Notes: generated by a model from the letters alone, not told the origin. Positions 1-12,271 are shown, numbered from the stretch's first letter. The stretch is DNA of 64,000 bases from Auanema rhodensis (GCA_964057225.1 OZ059900.1:14570001-14634000), one strand, 5' to 3'. Numbers and translations are program-made.

Positions 1-60
1 TAGTGGTGAGTATCCGCGTCTGTCACATGCGAGACCCGGGTTCAATTCCCGGCCGGGGAG
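1..60 (+). tRNA. tRNA-Asp(GTC), 5' end cut by window edge
   Basis: nt 13-72 of the consensus. Confidence 0.9.
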
Positions 61-434
61 AATGTTTTTGTTCTGATTCATCGTTATTGAATGTTATGCT
101 ATTTTTGTTTTCTTAAAAAAGTCGGATAAAAACGATAATTATTAGAAAAAAGATTGTTTTAAACTTTCTGCTTTTTCAAAAGTGATTTGAGCTTGTGTTT
201 TTTTTCTAAATTGTTAAACATTTCTATTTAGTTTAAGTGTTCTATATTAATTACGATGAAAAAAATCGAAACGTCAGCGTTAATCAATTGTTCATTGTAA
301 CACCAAACTTCAATTAGCTCTTTGATTAAAGTAGGCCATAAATCAAGATATGTTAGAGACAGTGTTTCATTTTTCTACTTTAATTCAAACTCACACTCTT
401 AATGAAAGTTTCTAAGTGCAAATTCAATCCTCGG

Positions 435-446
435 TAGTATAGTGGT
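435..446 (+). promoter_or_regulatory. Pol III type-2 A box (representative; present in every unit)
   Basis: TAGTATAGTGGT at tRNA nt 8-19 fits TRGYNNANNNG. Confidence 0.85.
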
Positions 447-477
447 GAGTATCCGCGTCTGTCACATGCGAGACCCG

Positions 478-488
478 GGTTCAATTCC
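478..488 (+). promoter_or_regulatory. Pol III type-2 B box (representative; present in every unit)
   Basis: GGTTCAATTCC fits GWTCRANNC. Confidence 0.9.
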
Positions 489-503
489 CGGCCGGGGAGA
501 ATG

Positions 504-508
504 TTTTT
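504..508 (+). terminator. Pol III oligo-T terminator (representative; T5 in most units, T4 or T8 in variants)
   Basis: AATG-TTTTT immediately after the discriminator base; another T5 about 40 nt downstream. Confidence 0.85.
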
Positions 509-866
509 GTTCTGATTCATCGTTATTGAATGTTATGCTATTTTTGTTTTCTTCAAAAAGTCGGATAAAAACGATAATTATTAGAAAAAAGATTGTTTTA
601 AACTTTCTGTTTTTTCAAAAGTGATTTGAGCTTGTGTTTTTTTTCTAAATTGTTAAACATTTCCATTTAATTTAAATGTTCTATCTCAATTACGATGAAA
701 AAAAATGGAACGTCAGCGTTAATCAATTGTTCATTGTAACACCAAACTTCAATTAGCTCTTTGATTAAAGTAGGCCATAAATCAAGATATGTTAGAGACA
801 GTGTTTCATTTTTCTACTTTAATTCAAACTCACACTCTTAATGAAAGTTTCTAAGTGCAAATTCAA

Positions 867-938
867 TCCTCGGTAGTATAGTGGTGAGTATCCGCGTCTG
901 TCACATGCGAGACCCGGGTTCAATTCCCGGCCGGGGAG
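867..938 (+). tRNA. tRNA-Asp(GTC)
   Basis: consensus copy. Confidence 0.95.
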
Positions 939-1310
939 AATGTTTTTGTTCTGATTCAACGTTATTGAATGTTATGCTATTTTTGTTTTCTTCAAAAAGT
1001 TGGATAAAAAAGATAATTATTAGAAAAAAGATTGTTTTATTTTAAACTTTCTGCTTTTTCAAAAGTGATTTGAGCTTGTGATTTTTTTTTAAATTTTCAA
1101 ACATTTCTATTTAATTTAAGTGTTCTATCTTAATTACGATGAAAAAAATTGATACGTCAGCGTTTATCAATCGTTAATTGTAACACCAAACTTCAATTAG
1201 CTCTTTGAGTAAAGTAGGCCATAAATCAAGATATGTTAGAGACAGTGTTTCATTTTTCTACTTTAATTCAAACTCACACTCTTAATGAAAGTTTCTAAGT
1301 GCAAATTCAA

Positions 1311-1382
1311 TCCTCGGTAGTATAGTGGTGAGTATCCGCGTCTGTCACATGCGAGACCCGGGTTCAATTCCCGGCCGGGGAG
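1311..1382 (+). tRNA. tRNA-Asp(GTC)
   Basis: consensus copy. Confidence 0.95.
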
Positions 1383-1749
1383 AATGTTTTTGTTCTGATT
1401 CATCGTTATTGAATGTTATGCTATTTTTGTTTTCTTAAAAAAGTCGGATAAAAACGATAATTATTAGAAAAAAGATTGTTTTAAACTTTCTGCTTTTTCA
1501 AAAGTGATTTGAGCTTGTGTTTTTTTTCTAAATTGTTAAACATTTCTATTTAGTTTAAGTGTTCTATATTAATTACGATGAAAAAAATCGAAACGTCAGC
1601 GTTAATCAATTGTTCATTGTAACACCAAACTTCAATTAGCTCTTTGATTAAAGTAGGCCATAAATCAAGATATGTTAGAGACAGTGTTTCATTTTTCTAC
1701 TTTAATTCAAACTCACACTCTTAATGAAAGTTTCTAAGTGCAAATTCAA

Positions 1750-1821
1750 TCCTCGGTAGTATAGTGGTGAGTATCCGCGTCTGTCACATGCGAGACCCGG
1801 GTTCAATTCCCGGCCGGGGAG
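1750..1821 (+). tRNA. tRNA-Asp(GTC)
   Basis: consensus copy. Confidence 0.95.
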
Positions 1822-2188
1822 AATGTTTTTGTTCTGATTCATCGTTATTGAATGTTATGCTATTTTTGTTTTCTTCAAAAAGTCGGATAAAAACGATAAT
1901 TATTAGAAAAAAGATTGTTTTAAACTTTCTGTTTTTTCAAAAGTGATTTGAGCTTGTGTTTTTTTTCTAAATTGTTAAACATTTCCATTTAATTTAAATG
2001 TTCTATCTCAATTACGATGAAAAAAAATGGAACGTCAGCGTTAATCAATTGTTCATTGTAACACCAAACTTCAATTAGCTCTTTGATTGAAGTAGGCCAT
2101 GAATCAAGATATGTTAGAGACAGTGTTTCATTTTTCTACTTTAATTCAAACTCACACTCTTAATGAAAGTTTCTAAGTGCAAATTCAA

Positions 2189-2260
2189 TCCTCGGTAGTA
2201 TAGTGGTGAGTATCCGCGTCTGTCACATGCGAGACCCGGGTTCAATTCCCGGCCGGGGAG
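2189..2260 (+). tRNA. tRNA-Asp(GTC)
   Basis: consensus copy. Confidence 0.95.
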
Positions 2261-2627
2261 AATGTTTTTGTTCTGATTCATCGTTATTGAATGTTATGCT
2301 ATTTTTGTTTTCTTAAAAAAGTCGGATAAAAACGATAATTATTAGAAAAAAGATTGTTTTACACTTTCTGCTTTTTCAAAAGTGATTTGAGCTTGTGTTT
2401 TTTTTCTAAATTGTTAAACATTTCTATTTAATTTAAGTGTTCTATATTAATTACGATGAAAAAAATCGAAACGTCAGCATTAATCAATTGTTCATTGTAA
2501 CACCAAACTTCAATTAGCTCTTTGTGTAAAGTAGGCCATAAAACAAGATATGTTAGAGACAGTGTTTCATTTTTCTACTTTAATTCAAACTCACACTCTT
2601 AATGAAAGTTTCTAAGTGCAAATTCAA

Positions 2628-2699
2628 TCCTCGGTAGTATAGTGGTGAGTATCCGCGTCTGTCACATGCGAGACCCGGGTTCAATTCCCGGCCGGGGAG
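2628..2699 (+). tRNA. tRNA-Asp(GTC)
   Basis: consensus copy. Confidence 0.95.
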
Positions 2700-3066
2700 A
2701 ATGTTTTTGTTCTGATTCATCGTTATTGAATGTTATGCTATTTTTGTTTTTTTCCAAAAGTCGGATAAAAAAGATAATTATTAGAAAAAAGGTTGTTTTA
2801 AACTTTCTGTTTTTTCAAAAGTGATTTGAGCTTGTGTTTTTTTTCTAAATTGTTAAACATTTCCATTTAATTTAAATGTTCTATCTCAATTACGATGAAA
2901 AAAATGGAAACGTCAGCGTTAATCAATTGTTCATTGTAACACCAAACTTCAATTAGCTCTTTGAGTAAAGTAGGCCATAAATCAAGATATGTTAGAGACA
3001 GTGTTTCATTTTTCTACTATAATTCAAACTCACACTCTTAATGAAAGTTTCTAAGTGCAAATTCAA

Positions 3067-3138
3067 TCGTCGGTAGTATAGTGGTGAGTATCCGCGTCTG
3101 TCACATGCGAGACCCGGGTTCAATTCCCGGCCGGGGAG
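3067..3138 (+). tRNA. tRNA-Asp(GTC), C3G variant
   Basis: TCGTCGG, acceptor-stem mismatch. Confidence 0.85.
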
Positions 3139-3505
3139 AATGTTTTTGTTCTGATTCATCGTTATTGAATGTTATGCTATTTTTGTTTTCTTCCAAAAGT
3201 CGAATTAAAAAGATAATTATTAGAAAAAAGGTTATTTTAAACTTTCTGTTTTTTCAAAAGTGATTTGAGCTTGTGTTTTTTTTCTAAATTGTTAAACATT
3301 TCCATTTAATTTAAATGTTCTATCTCAATTACGATGAAAAAAAATGGAACGTCAGCGTTAATCAATTGTTCATTGTAACACCAAACTTCAATTAGCTCTT
3401 TGATTGAAGTAGGCCATGAATCAAGATATGTTAGAGACAGTGTTTCATTTTTCTACTTTAATTCAAACTCACACTCTTAATGAAAGTTTCTAAGTGCAAA
3501 TTCAA

Positions 3506-3577
3506 TCCTCGGTAGTATAGTGGTGAGTATCCGCGTCTGTCACATGCGAGACCCGGGTTCAATTCCCGGCCGGGGAG
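3506..3577 (+). tRNA. tRNA-Asp(GTC)
   Basis: consensus copy. Confidence 0.95.
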
Positions 3578-3943
3578 AATGTTTTTGTTCTGATTCATCG
3601 TTATTGAATGTTATGCTATTTTTGTTTTCTTCCAAAAGTCGAATTAAAAAGATAATTATTAGAAAAAAGGTTATTTTAAACTTTCTGTTTTTTCAACAGT
3701 GATTTGAGCTTGTGATATTTTCTAAATTTTTAAACATTTCCATTTAATTTAAGTATTCTATCTCAATTACGATGAAAAAAAATGGAACGTCAGCGTTAAT
3801 CAATTGTTCATTGTAACACCAAACTTCAATTAGCTCTTTGAGTAAAGTAGGCCATAAATCAAGATATGTTAGAGACAGTGTTTCATTTTTCTACTTTAAT
3901 TCAAACTCACACTCTTAATGAAAGTTTCTAAGTGCAAATTCAA

Positions 3944-4015
3944 TCCTCGGTAGTATAGTGGTGAGTATCCGCGTCTGTCACATGCGAGACCCGGGTTCAA
4001 TTCCCGGCCGGGGAG
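3944..4015 (+). tRNA. tRNA-Asp(GTC)
   Basis: consensus copy. Confidence 0.95.
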
Positions 4016-4382
4016 AATGTTTTTGTTCTGATTCATCGTTATTGAATGTTATGCTATTTTTGTTTTCTTCAAAAAGTCGGATAAAAACGATAATTATTAG
4101 AAAAAAGATTGTTTTAAACTTTCTGCTTTTTCAAAAGTGATTTGAGCTTGTGATTTTTTTTTAAATTTTCAAACATTTCTATTTAATTTAAGTGTTCTAT
4201 CTTAATTACGATGAAAAAAATTGATACGTCAGCGTTTATCAATCGTTAATTGTAACACCAAACTTCAATTAGCTCTTTGAGTAAAGTAGGCCATAAATCA
4301 AGATATGTTAGAGACAGTGTTTCATTTTTCTACATTAATTCAAACTCACACTCTTAATGAAAGTTTCTGAGTGCAAATTCAA

Positions 4383-4454
4383 TCCTCGGTAGTATAGTGG
4401 TGAGTATCCGCGTCTGTCACATGCGAGACCCGGGTTCAATTCCCGGCCGGGGAG
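4383..4454 (+). tRNA. tRNA-Asp(GTC)
   Basis: consensus copy. Confidence 0.95.
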
Positions 4455-4820
4455 AATGTTTTTGTTCTGATTCATCGTTATTGAATGTTATGCTATTTTT
4501 GTTTTCTTCAAAAAGTCGGATAAAAACGATAATTATTAGAAAAAAGATTGTTTTAAACTTTCTGCTTTTTCAAAAGTGATTTGAGCTTGTGATTTTTTTT
4601 AAATTCTTAAACATTTCCATTTAATTTAAATGTTCTATCTCAATTACGATGAAAAAAGTTGAAACGTCAGCGTTAATCAATTGTTCATTCTAACACCAAA
4701 CTTCAATTAGCTCTTTGAGTAAAGTAGGCCATAAATCAAGATATGTTAGAGACAGTGTTTCATTTTTCTACTTTAATTCAAACTCACACTCTTAATGAAA
4801 GTTTCTAAGTGCAAATTCAA

Positions 4821-4892
4821 TCCTCGGTAGTATAGTGGTGAGTATCCGCGTCTGTCACATGCGAGACCCGGGTTCAATTCCCGGCCGGGGAG
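4821..4892 (+). tRNA. tRNA-Asp(GTC)
   Basis: consensus copy. Confidence 0.95.
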
Positions 4893-5258
4893 AATGCTTT
4901 TGTTCTGATTCATCATTATTGAATGTTATGCTATTTTTGTTTTCTTCAAAAAGTTGGATAAAGACGATAATTATTAGAAAAAAGATTGTTTTAAACTTTC
5001 TGCTTTTTCAAAAGTGGTTTGAGCTTGTGATTTTTTTTAAATTTTCAAACATTTCTATTTAATTTAAGTGTTCTATCTTAATTACGATGAAAAAAATTGA
5101 TACGTCAGCGTTTATCAATCGTTAATTGTAACACCAAACTTCAATTAGCTCTTTGAAAAAAGTAGGCCATAAATCAAGATATGTTAGAGACAGTGTTTCA
5201 TTTTTCTACTTTAATTCAAACTCACACTCTTAATGAAAGTTTCTAAGTGCAAATTCAA

Positions 5259-5330
5259 TCCTCGGTAGTATAGTGGTGAGTATCCGCGTCTGTCACATGC
5301 GAGACCCGGGTTCAATTCCCGGCCGGGGAG
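5259..5330 (+). tRNA. tRNA-Asp(GTC)
   Basis: consensus copy. Confidence 0.95.
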
Positions 5331-5696
5331 AATGTTTTTGTTCTGATTCATCGTTATTGAATGTTATGCTATTTTTGTTTTCTTCCAAAAGTCGAATTAA
5401 AAAGATAATTATTAGAAAAAAGGTTATTTTAAACTTTCTGTTTTTTCAACAGTGATTTGAGCTTGTGATATTTTCTAAATTTTTAAACATTTCCATTTAA
5501 TTTAAGTATTCTATCTCAATTACGATGAAAAAAAATGGAACGTCAGCGTTAATCAATTGTTCATTGTAACACCAAACTTCAATTAGCTCTTTGAGTAAAG
5601 TAGGCCATAAATCAAGTTATGTTAGAGACAGTGTTTCATTTTTCTACTTTAATTCAAACTCACACTCTTAATGAAAGTTTCTAAGTGCAAATTCAA

Positions 5697-5768
5697 TCCT
5701 CGGTAGTATAGTGGTGAGTATCCGCGTCTGTCACATGCGAGACCCGGGTTCAATTCCCGGCCGGGGAG
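5697..5768 (+). tRNA. tRNA-Asp(GTC)
   Basis: consensus copy. Confidence 0.95.
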
Positions 5769-6134
5769 AATGCTTTTGTTCTGATTCATCATTATTGAAT
5801 GTTATGCTATTTTTGTTTTCTTCAAAAAGTTGGATAAAGACGATAATTATTAGAAAAAAGATTGTTTTAAACTTTCTGCTTTTTCAAAAGTGGTTTGAGC
5901 TTGTGATTTTTTTTAAATTTTCAAACATTTCTATTTAATTTAAGTGTTCTATCTTAATTACGATGAAAAAAATTGATACGTCAGCGTTTATCAATCGTTA
6001 ATTGTAACACCAAACTTCAATTAGCTCTTTGAAAAAAGTAGGCCATAAATCAAGATATGTTAGAGACAGTGTTTCATTTTTCTACTTTAATTCAAACTCA
6101 CACTCTTAATGAAAGTTTCTAAGTGCAAATTCAA

Positions 6135-6206
6135 TCCTCGGTAGTATAGTGGTGAGTATCCGCGTCTGTCACATGCGAGACCCGGGTTCAATTCCCGGCC
6201 GGGGAG
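6135..6206 (+). tRNA. tRNA-Asp(GTC)
   Basis: consensus copy. Confidence 0.95.
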
Positions 6207-6572
6207 AATGTTTTTGTTCTGATTCATCGTTATTGAATGTTATGCTATTTTTGTTTTCTTCAAAAAGTCGGATAAAGACGATAATTATTAGAAAAAAGAT
6301 TGTTTTAAACTTTCTGCTTTTTCAAAAGTGATTTGAGCTTGTGATTTTTTTTAAATTTTCAAACATTTCTATTTAATTTAAGTGTTCTATCTTAATTACG
6401 ATGAAAAAAATTGATACGTCAGCGTTTATCAATCGTTAATTGTAACACCAAACTTCAATTAGCTCTTTGAGTAAAGTAGGCCATAAATCAAGATATGTTA
6501 GAGACAGTGTTTCATTTTTCTACTTTAATTCAAACTCACACTCTTAATGAAAGTTTCTAAGTGCAAATTCAA

Positions 6573-6644
6573 TCCTCGGTAGTATAGTGGTGAGTATCCG
6601 CGTCTGTCACATGCGAGACCCGGGTTCAATTCCCGGCCGGGGAG
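6573..6644 (+). tRNA. tRNA-Asp(GTC)
   Basis: consensus copy. Confidence 0.95.
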
Positions 6645-7011
6645 AATGTTTTTGTTCTGATTCATCGTTATTGAATGTTATGCTATTTTTGTTTTCTTCA
6701 AAAAGTCGGATAAAAACGATAATTATTAGAAAAAAGATTGTTTTAAACTTTCTGCTTTTTCAAAAGTGATTTGAGCTTGTGATTTTTTTTTAAATTTTCA
6801 AACATTTCTATTTAATTTAAGTGTTCTATCTTAATTACGATGAAAAAAATTGATACGTCAGCGTTTATCAATCGTTAATTGTAACACCAAACTTCAATTA
6901 GCTCTTTGAGTAAAGTAGGCCATAAATCAAGATATGTTAGAGACAGTGTTTCATTTTTCTACTTTAATTCAAACTCACACTCTTAATGAAAGTTTCTAAG
7001 TGCAAATTCAA

Positions 7012-7083
7012 TCCTCGGTAGTATAGTGGTGAGTATCCGCGTCTGTCACATGCGAGACCCGGGTTCAATTCCCGGCCGGGGAG
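7012..7083 (+). tRNA. tRNA-Asp(GTC)
   Basis: consensus copy. Confidence 0.95.
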
Positions 7084-7449
7084 AATGTTTTTGTTCTGAT
7101 TCATCGTTATTGAATGTTATGCTATTTTTGTTTTCTTCCAAAAGTCGAATTAAAAAGATAATTATTAGAAAAAAGGTTATTTTAAACTTTCTGTTTTTTC
7201 AACAGTGATTTGAGCTTGTGATATTTTCTAAATTTTTAAACATTTCCATTTAATTTAAGTATTCTATCTCAATTACGATGAAAAAAAATGGAACGTCAGC
7301 GTTAATCAATTGTTCATTGTAACACCAAACTTCAATTAGCTCTTTGAGTAAAGTAGGCCATAAATCAAGATATGTTAGAGACAGTGTTTCATTTTTCTAC
7401 TTTAATTCAAACTCACACTCTTAATGAAAGTTTCTAAGTGCAAATTCAA

Positions 7450-7521
7450 TCCTCGGTAGTATAGTGGTGAGTATCCGCGTCTGTCACATGCGAGACCCGG
7501 GTTCAATTCCCGGCCGGGGAG
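7450..7521 (+). tRNA. tRNA-Asp(GTC)
   Basis: consensus copy. Confidence 0.95.
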
Positions 7522-7887
7522 AATGCTTTTGTTCTGATTCATCATTATTGAATGTTATGCTATTTTTGTTTTCTTCAAAAAGTCGGATAAAGACGATAAT
7601 TATTAGAAAAAAGATTGTTTTAAACTTTCTGTTTTTTCAAAAGTGGTTTGAGCTTGTGATTTTTTTAAAATTTTCAAACATTTCTATTTAATTTAAGTGT
7701 TCTATCTTAATTACGATGAAAAAAATTGATACGTCAGCGTTTATCAATCGTTAATTGTAACACCAAACTTCAATTAGCTCTTTGAGTAAAGTAGGCCATA
7801 AATCAAGATATGTTAGAGACAGTGTTTCATTTTTCTACTATAATTCAAACTCACACTCTTAATGAAAGTTTCTAAGTGCAAATTCAA

Positions 7888-7959
7888 TCGTCGGTAGTAT
7901 AGTGGTGAGTATCCGCGTCTGTCACATGCGAGACCCGGGTTCAATTCCCGGCCGGGGAG
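7888..7959 (+). tRNA. tRNA-Asp(GTC), C3G variant
   Basis: TCGTCGG. Confidence 0.85.
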
Positions 7960-8326
7960 AATGTTTTTGTTCTGATTCATCGTTATTGAATGTTATGCTA
8001 TTTTTGTTTCCTTCAAAAAGTCGGCTAAAAACGATAATTATTAGAAAAAAGATTGTTTTAAACTTTCTGCTTTTTCAAAAGTGATTTGAGCTTGTGTTTT
8101 TTTTCTAAATTGTTAAACATTTCTATTTAATTTAAGTGTTCTATCTTAATTACGATGAAAAAAATTGATACGTCAGCGTTTATCAATCGTTAATTGTAAC
8201 ACCAAACTTCAATTAGCTCTTTGAGTAAAGTAGGCCATAAATCAAGATATGTTAGAGACAGTGTTTCATTTTTCTACTATAATTCAAACTCACACTCTTA
8301 ATGAAAGTTTCTAAGTGCAAATTCAA

Positions 8327-8398
8327 TCGTCGGTAGTATAGTGGTGAGTATCCGCGTCTGTCACATGCGAGACCCGGGTTCAATTCCCGGCCGGGGAG
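8327..8398 (+). tRNA. tRNA-Asp(GTC), C3G variant
   Basis: TCGTCGG. Confidence 0.85.
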
Positions 8399-8764
8399 AA
8401 TGTTTTTGTTCTGATTCATCGTTATTGAATGTTATGCTATTTTTGTTTTCTTCCAAAAGTCGAATTAAAAAGATAATTATTAGAAAAAAGGTTATTTTAA
8501 ACTTTCTGTTTTTTCAACAGTGATTTGAGCTTGTGATATTTTCTAAATTTTTAAACATTTCCATTTAATTTAAATATTCTATCTCAATTACGATGAAAAA
8601 AAATGGAACGTCAGCGTTAATCAATTGTTCATTGTAACACCAAACTTCAATTAGCTCTTTGAGTAAAGTAGGCCATAAATCAAGATATGTTAGAGACAGT
8701 GTTTCATTTTTCTACTTTAATTCAAACTCACACTCTTAATGAAAGTTTCTAAGTGCAAATTCAA

Positions 8765-8836
8765 TCCTCGGTAGTATAGTGGTGAGTATCCGCGTCTGTC
8801 ACATGCGAGACCCGGGTTCAATTCCCGGCCGGGGAG
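8765..8836 (+). tRNA. tRNA-Asp(GTC)
   Basis: consensus copy. Confidence 0.95.
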
Positions 8837-9203
8837 AATGTTTTTGTTCTGATTCATCGTTATTGAATGTTATGCTATTTTTGTTTCCTTCAAAAAGTCG
8901 GCTAAAAACGATAATTATTAGAAAAAAGATTGTTTTAAACTTTCTGCTTTTTCAAAAGTGATTTGAGCTTGTGTTTTTTTTCTAAATTGTTAAACATTTC
9001 TATTTAATTTAAGTGTTCTATCTTAATTACGATGAAAAAAATTGATACGTCAGCGTTTATCAATCGTTAATTGTAACACCAAACTTCAATTAGCTCTTTG
9101 AGTAAAGTAGGCCATAAATCAAGATATGTTAGAGACAGTGTTTCATTTTTCTACTATAATTCAAACTCACACTCTTAATGAAAGTTTCTAAGTGCAAATT
9201 CAA

Positions 9204-9275
9204 TCGTCGGTAGTATAGTGGTGAGTATCCGCGTCTGTCACATGCGAGACCCGGGTTCAATTCCCGGCCGGGGAG
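9204..9275 (+). tRNA. tRNA-Asp(GTC), C3G variant
   Basis: TCGTCGG. Confidence 0.85.
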
Positions 9276-9641
9276 AATGTTTTTGTTCTGATTCATCGTT
9301 ATTGAATGTTATGCTATTTTTGTTTTCTTCCAAAAGTCGAATTAAAAAGATAATTATTAGAAAAAAGGTTATTTTAAACTTTCTGTTTTTTCAAAAGTGA
9401 TTTGAGCTTGTGATATTTTCTAAATTCTTAAACATTTCCATTTAATTTAAGTATTCTATCTCAATTACGATGAAAAAAGTTGAAACGTCAGCGTTAATCA
9501 ATTGTTCATTCTAACACCAAACTTCAATTAGCTCTTTGAGTAAAGTAGGCCATAAATCAAGATATGTTAGAGACAGTGTTTCATTTTTCTACTATAATTC
9601 AAACTCACACTCTTAATGAAAGTTTCTAAGTGCAAATTCAA

Positions 9642-9713
9642 TCGTCGGTAGTATAGTGGTGAGTATCCGCGTCTGTCACATGCGAGACCCGGGTTCAATT
9701 CCCGGCCGGGGAG
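9642..9713 (+). tRNA. tRNA-Asp(GTC), C3G variant
   Basis: TCGTCGG. Confidence 0.85.
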
Positions 9714-10079
9714 AATGTTTTTGTTCTGATTCATCGTTATTGAATGTTATGCTATTTTTGTTTTCTTCCAAAAGTCGAATTAAAAAGATAATTATTAGAA
9801 AAAAGGTTATTTTAAACTTTCTGTTTTTTCAACAGTGATTTGAGCTTGTGATATTTTCTAAATTTTTAAACATTTCCATTTAATTTAAGTATTCTATCTC
9901 AATTACGATGAAAAAAAATGGAACGTCAGCGTTAATCAATTGTTCATTGTAACACCAAACTTCAATTAGCTCTTTGAGTAAAGTAGGCCATAAATCAAGT
10001 TATGTTAGAGACAGTGTTTCATTTTTCTACTTTAATTCAAACTCACACTCTTAATGAAAGTTTCTAAGTGCAAATTCAA

Positions 10080-10151
10080 TCCTCGGTAGTATAGTGGTGA
10101 GTATCCGCGTCTGTCACATGCGAGACCCGGGTTCAATTCCCGGCCGGGGAG
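10080..10151 (+). tRNA. tRNA-Asp(GTC)
   Basis: consensus copy. Confidence 0.95.
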
Positions 10152-10517
10152 AATGCTTTTGTTCTGATTCATCATTATTGAATGTTATGCTATTTTTGTT
10201 TTCTTCAAAAAGTCGGATAAAGACGATAATTATTAGAAAAAAGATTGTTTTAAACTTTCTGTTTTTTCAAAAGTGGTTTGAGCTTGTGATTTTTTTAAAA
10301 TTTTCAAACATTTCTATTTAATTTAAGTGTTCTATCTTAATTACGATGAAAAAAATTGATACGTCAGCGTTTATCAATCGTTAATTGTAACACCAAACTT
10401 CAATTAGCTCTTTGAGTAAAGTAGGCCATAAATCAAGATATGTTAGAGACAGTGTTTCATTTTTCTACTATAATTCAAACTCACACTCTTAATGAAAGTT
10501 TCTAAGTGCAAATTCAA

Positions 10518-10589
10518 TCCTCGGTAGTATAGTGGTGAGTATCCGCGTCTGTCACATGCGAGACCCGGGTTCAATTCCCGGCCGGGGAG
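10518..10589 (+). tRNA. tRNA-Asp(GTC)
   Basis: consensus copy. Confidence 0.95.
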
Positions 10590-10956
10590 AATGTTTTTGT
10601 TCTGATTCATCGTTATTGAATGTTATGCTATTTTTGTTTCCTTCAAAAAGTCGGCTAAAAACGATAATTATTAGAAAAAAGATTGTTTTAAACTTTCTGC
10701 TTTTTCAAAAGTGATTTGAGCTTGTGTTTTTTTTCTAAATTGTTAAACATTTCTATTTAATTTAAGTGTTCTATCTTAATTACGATGAAAAAAATTGATA
10801 CGTCAGCGTTTATCAATCGTTAATTGTAACACCAAACTTCAATTAGCTCTTTGAGTAAAGTAGGCCATAAATCAAGATATGTTAGAGACAGTGTTTCATT
10901 TTTCTACTATAATTCAAACTCACACTCTTAATGAAAGTTTCTAAGTGCAAATTCAA

Positions 10957-11028
10957 TCGTCGGTAGTATAGTGGTGAGTATCCGCGTCTGTCACATGCGA
11001 GACCCGGGTTCAATTCCCGGCCGGGGAG
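10957..11028 (+). tRNA. tRNA-Asp(GTC), C3G variant
   Basis: TCGTCGG. Confidence 0.85.
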
Positions 11029-11394
11029 AATGTTTTTGTTCTGATTCATCGTTATTGAATGTTATGCTATTTTTGTTTTCTTCCAAAAGTCGAATTAAAA
11101 AGATAATTATTAGAAAAAAGGTTATTTTAAACTTTCTGTTTTTTCAAAAGTGATTTGAGCTTGTGATATTTTCTAAATTCTTAAACATTTCCATTTAATT
11201 TAAGTATTCTATCTCAATTACGATGAAAAAAGTTGAAACGTCAGCGTTAATCAATTGTTCATTCTAACACCAAACTTCAATTAGCTCTTTGAGTAAAGTA
11301 GGCCATAAATCAAGATATGTTAGAGACAGTGTTTCATTTTTCTACTATAATTCAAACTCACACTCTTAATGAAAGTTTCTAAGTGCAAATTCAA

Positions 11395-11466
11395 TCGTCG
11401 GTAGTATAGTGGTGAGTATCCGCGTCTGTCACATGCGAGACCCGGGTTCAATTCCCGGCCGGGGAG
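11395..11466 (+). tRNA. tRNA-Asp(GTC), C3G variant
   Basis: TCGTCGG. Confidence 0.85.
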
Positions 11467-11832
11467 AATGTTTTTGTTCTGATTCATCGTTATTGAATGT
11501 TATGCTATTTTTGTTTTCTTCCAAAAGTCGAATTAAAAAGATAATTATTAGAAAAAAGGTTATTTTAAACTTTCTGTTTTTTCAACAGTGATTTGAGCTT
11601 GTGATATTTTCTAAATTTTTAAACATTTCCATTTAATTTAAGTATTCTATCTCAATTACGATGAAAAAAAATGGAACGTCAGCGTTAATCAATTGTTCAT
11701 TGTAACACCAAACTTCAATTAGCTCTTTGAGTAAAGTAGGCCATAAATCAAGATATGTTAGAGACAGTGTTTCATTTTTCTACTTTAATTCAAACTCACA
11801 CTCTTAATGAAAGTTTCTAAGTGCAAATTCAA

Positions 11833-11904
11833 TCCTCGGTAGTATAGTGGTGAGTATCCGCGTCTGTCACATGCGAGACCCGGGTTCAATTCCCGGCCGG
11901 GGAG
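11833..11904 (+). tRNA. tRNA-Asp(GTC)
   Basis: consensus copy. Confidence 0.95.
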
Positions 11905-12271
11905 AATGTTTTTGTTCTGATTCATCGTTATTGAATGTTATGCTATTTTTGTTTTCTTCAAAAAGTCGGCTAAAAACGATAATTATTAGAAAAAAGATTG
12001 TTTTAAACTTTCTGCTTTTTCAAAAGTGATTTGAGCTTGTGTTTTTTTTCTAAATTGTTAAACATTTCTATTTAATTTAAATGTTCTATCTCAATTACGA
12101 TGAAAAAAATTGAAACGTCAGCGTTAATCAATTGTTCATTCTAACACCAAACTTCAATTAGCTCTTTGAGTAAAGTAGGCCATAAATCAAGATATGTTAG
12201 AGACAGTGTTTCATTTTTCTACTTTAATTCAAACTCACACTCTTAATGAAAGTTTCTAAGTGCGAATTCAA

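Larger units (their letters stand above)
428..499 (+). tRNA. tRNA-Asp(GTC)
   Basis: Consensus copy. Acceptor TCCTCGG/CCGGGGA with G discriminator; D stem GTAT/GTAT; anticodon stem CGCGT/ATGCG with loop CTGTCAC (GTC at 461-463); T stem CCGGG/CCCGG with loop TTCAATT. Confidence 0.97.

Noticed and set aside
428-866. tRNA-derived SINE or other mobile element
   Set aside because: The tRNA is intact with an immediate terminator; no poly-A tail, target-site duplications or dispersal
500-866. Second RNA gene (5S, SL1, snRNA, another tRNA) or Entamoeba-type STR blocks in the spacer
   Set aside because: No recognisable cloverleaf, A/B/C boxes, SL1 sequence or short tandem repeats on either strand; an Rfam cmscan would be decisive
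428-866. Unit length 438 = 3 x 146 as a nucleosome code
   Set aside because: Numerical coincidence that leaves no linker DNA; no supporting evidence in the sequence
3067-3138. C3G creating an alanine identity element
   Set aside because: AlaRS needs G3-U70; here the partner is G, so it is a plain mismatch
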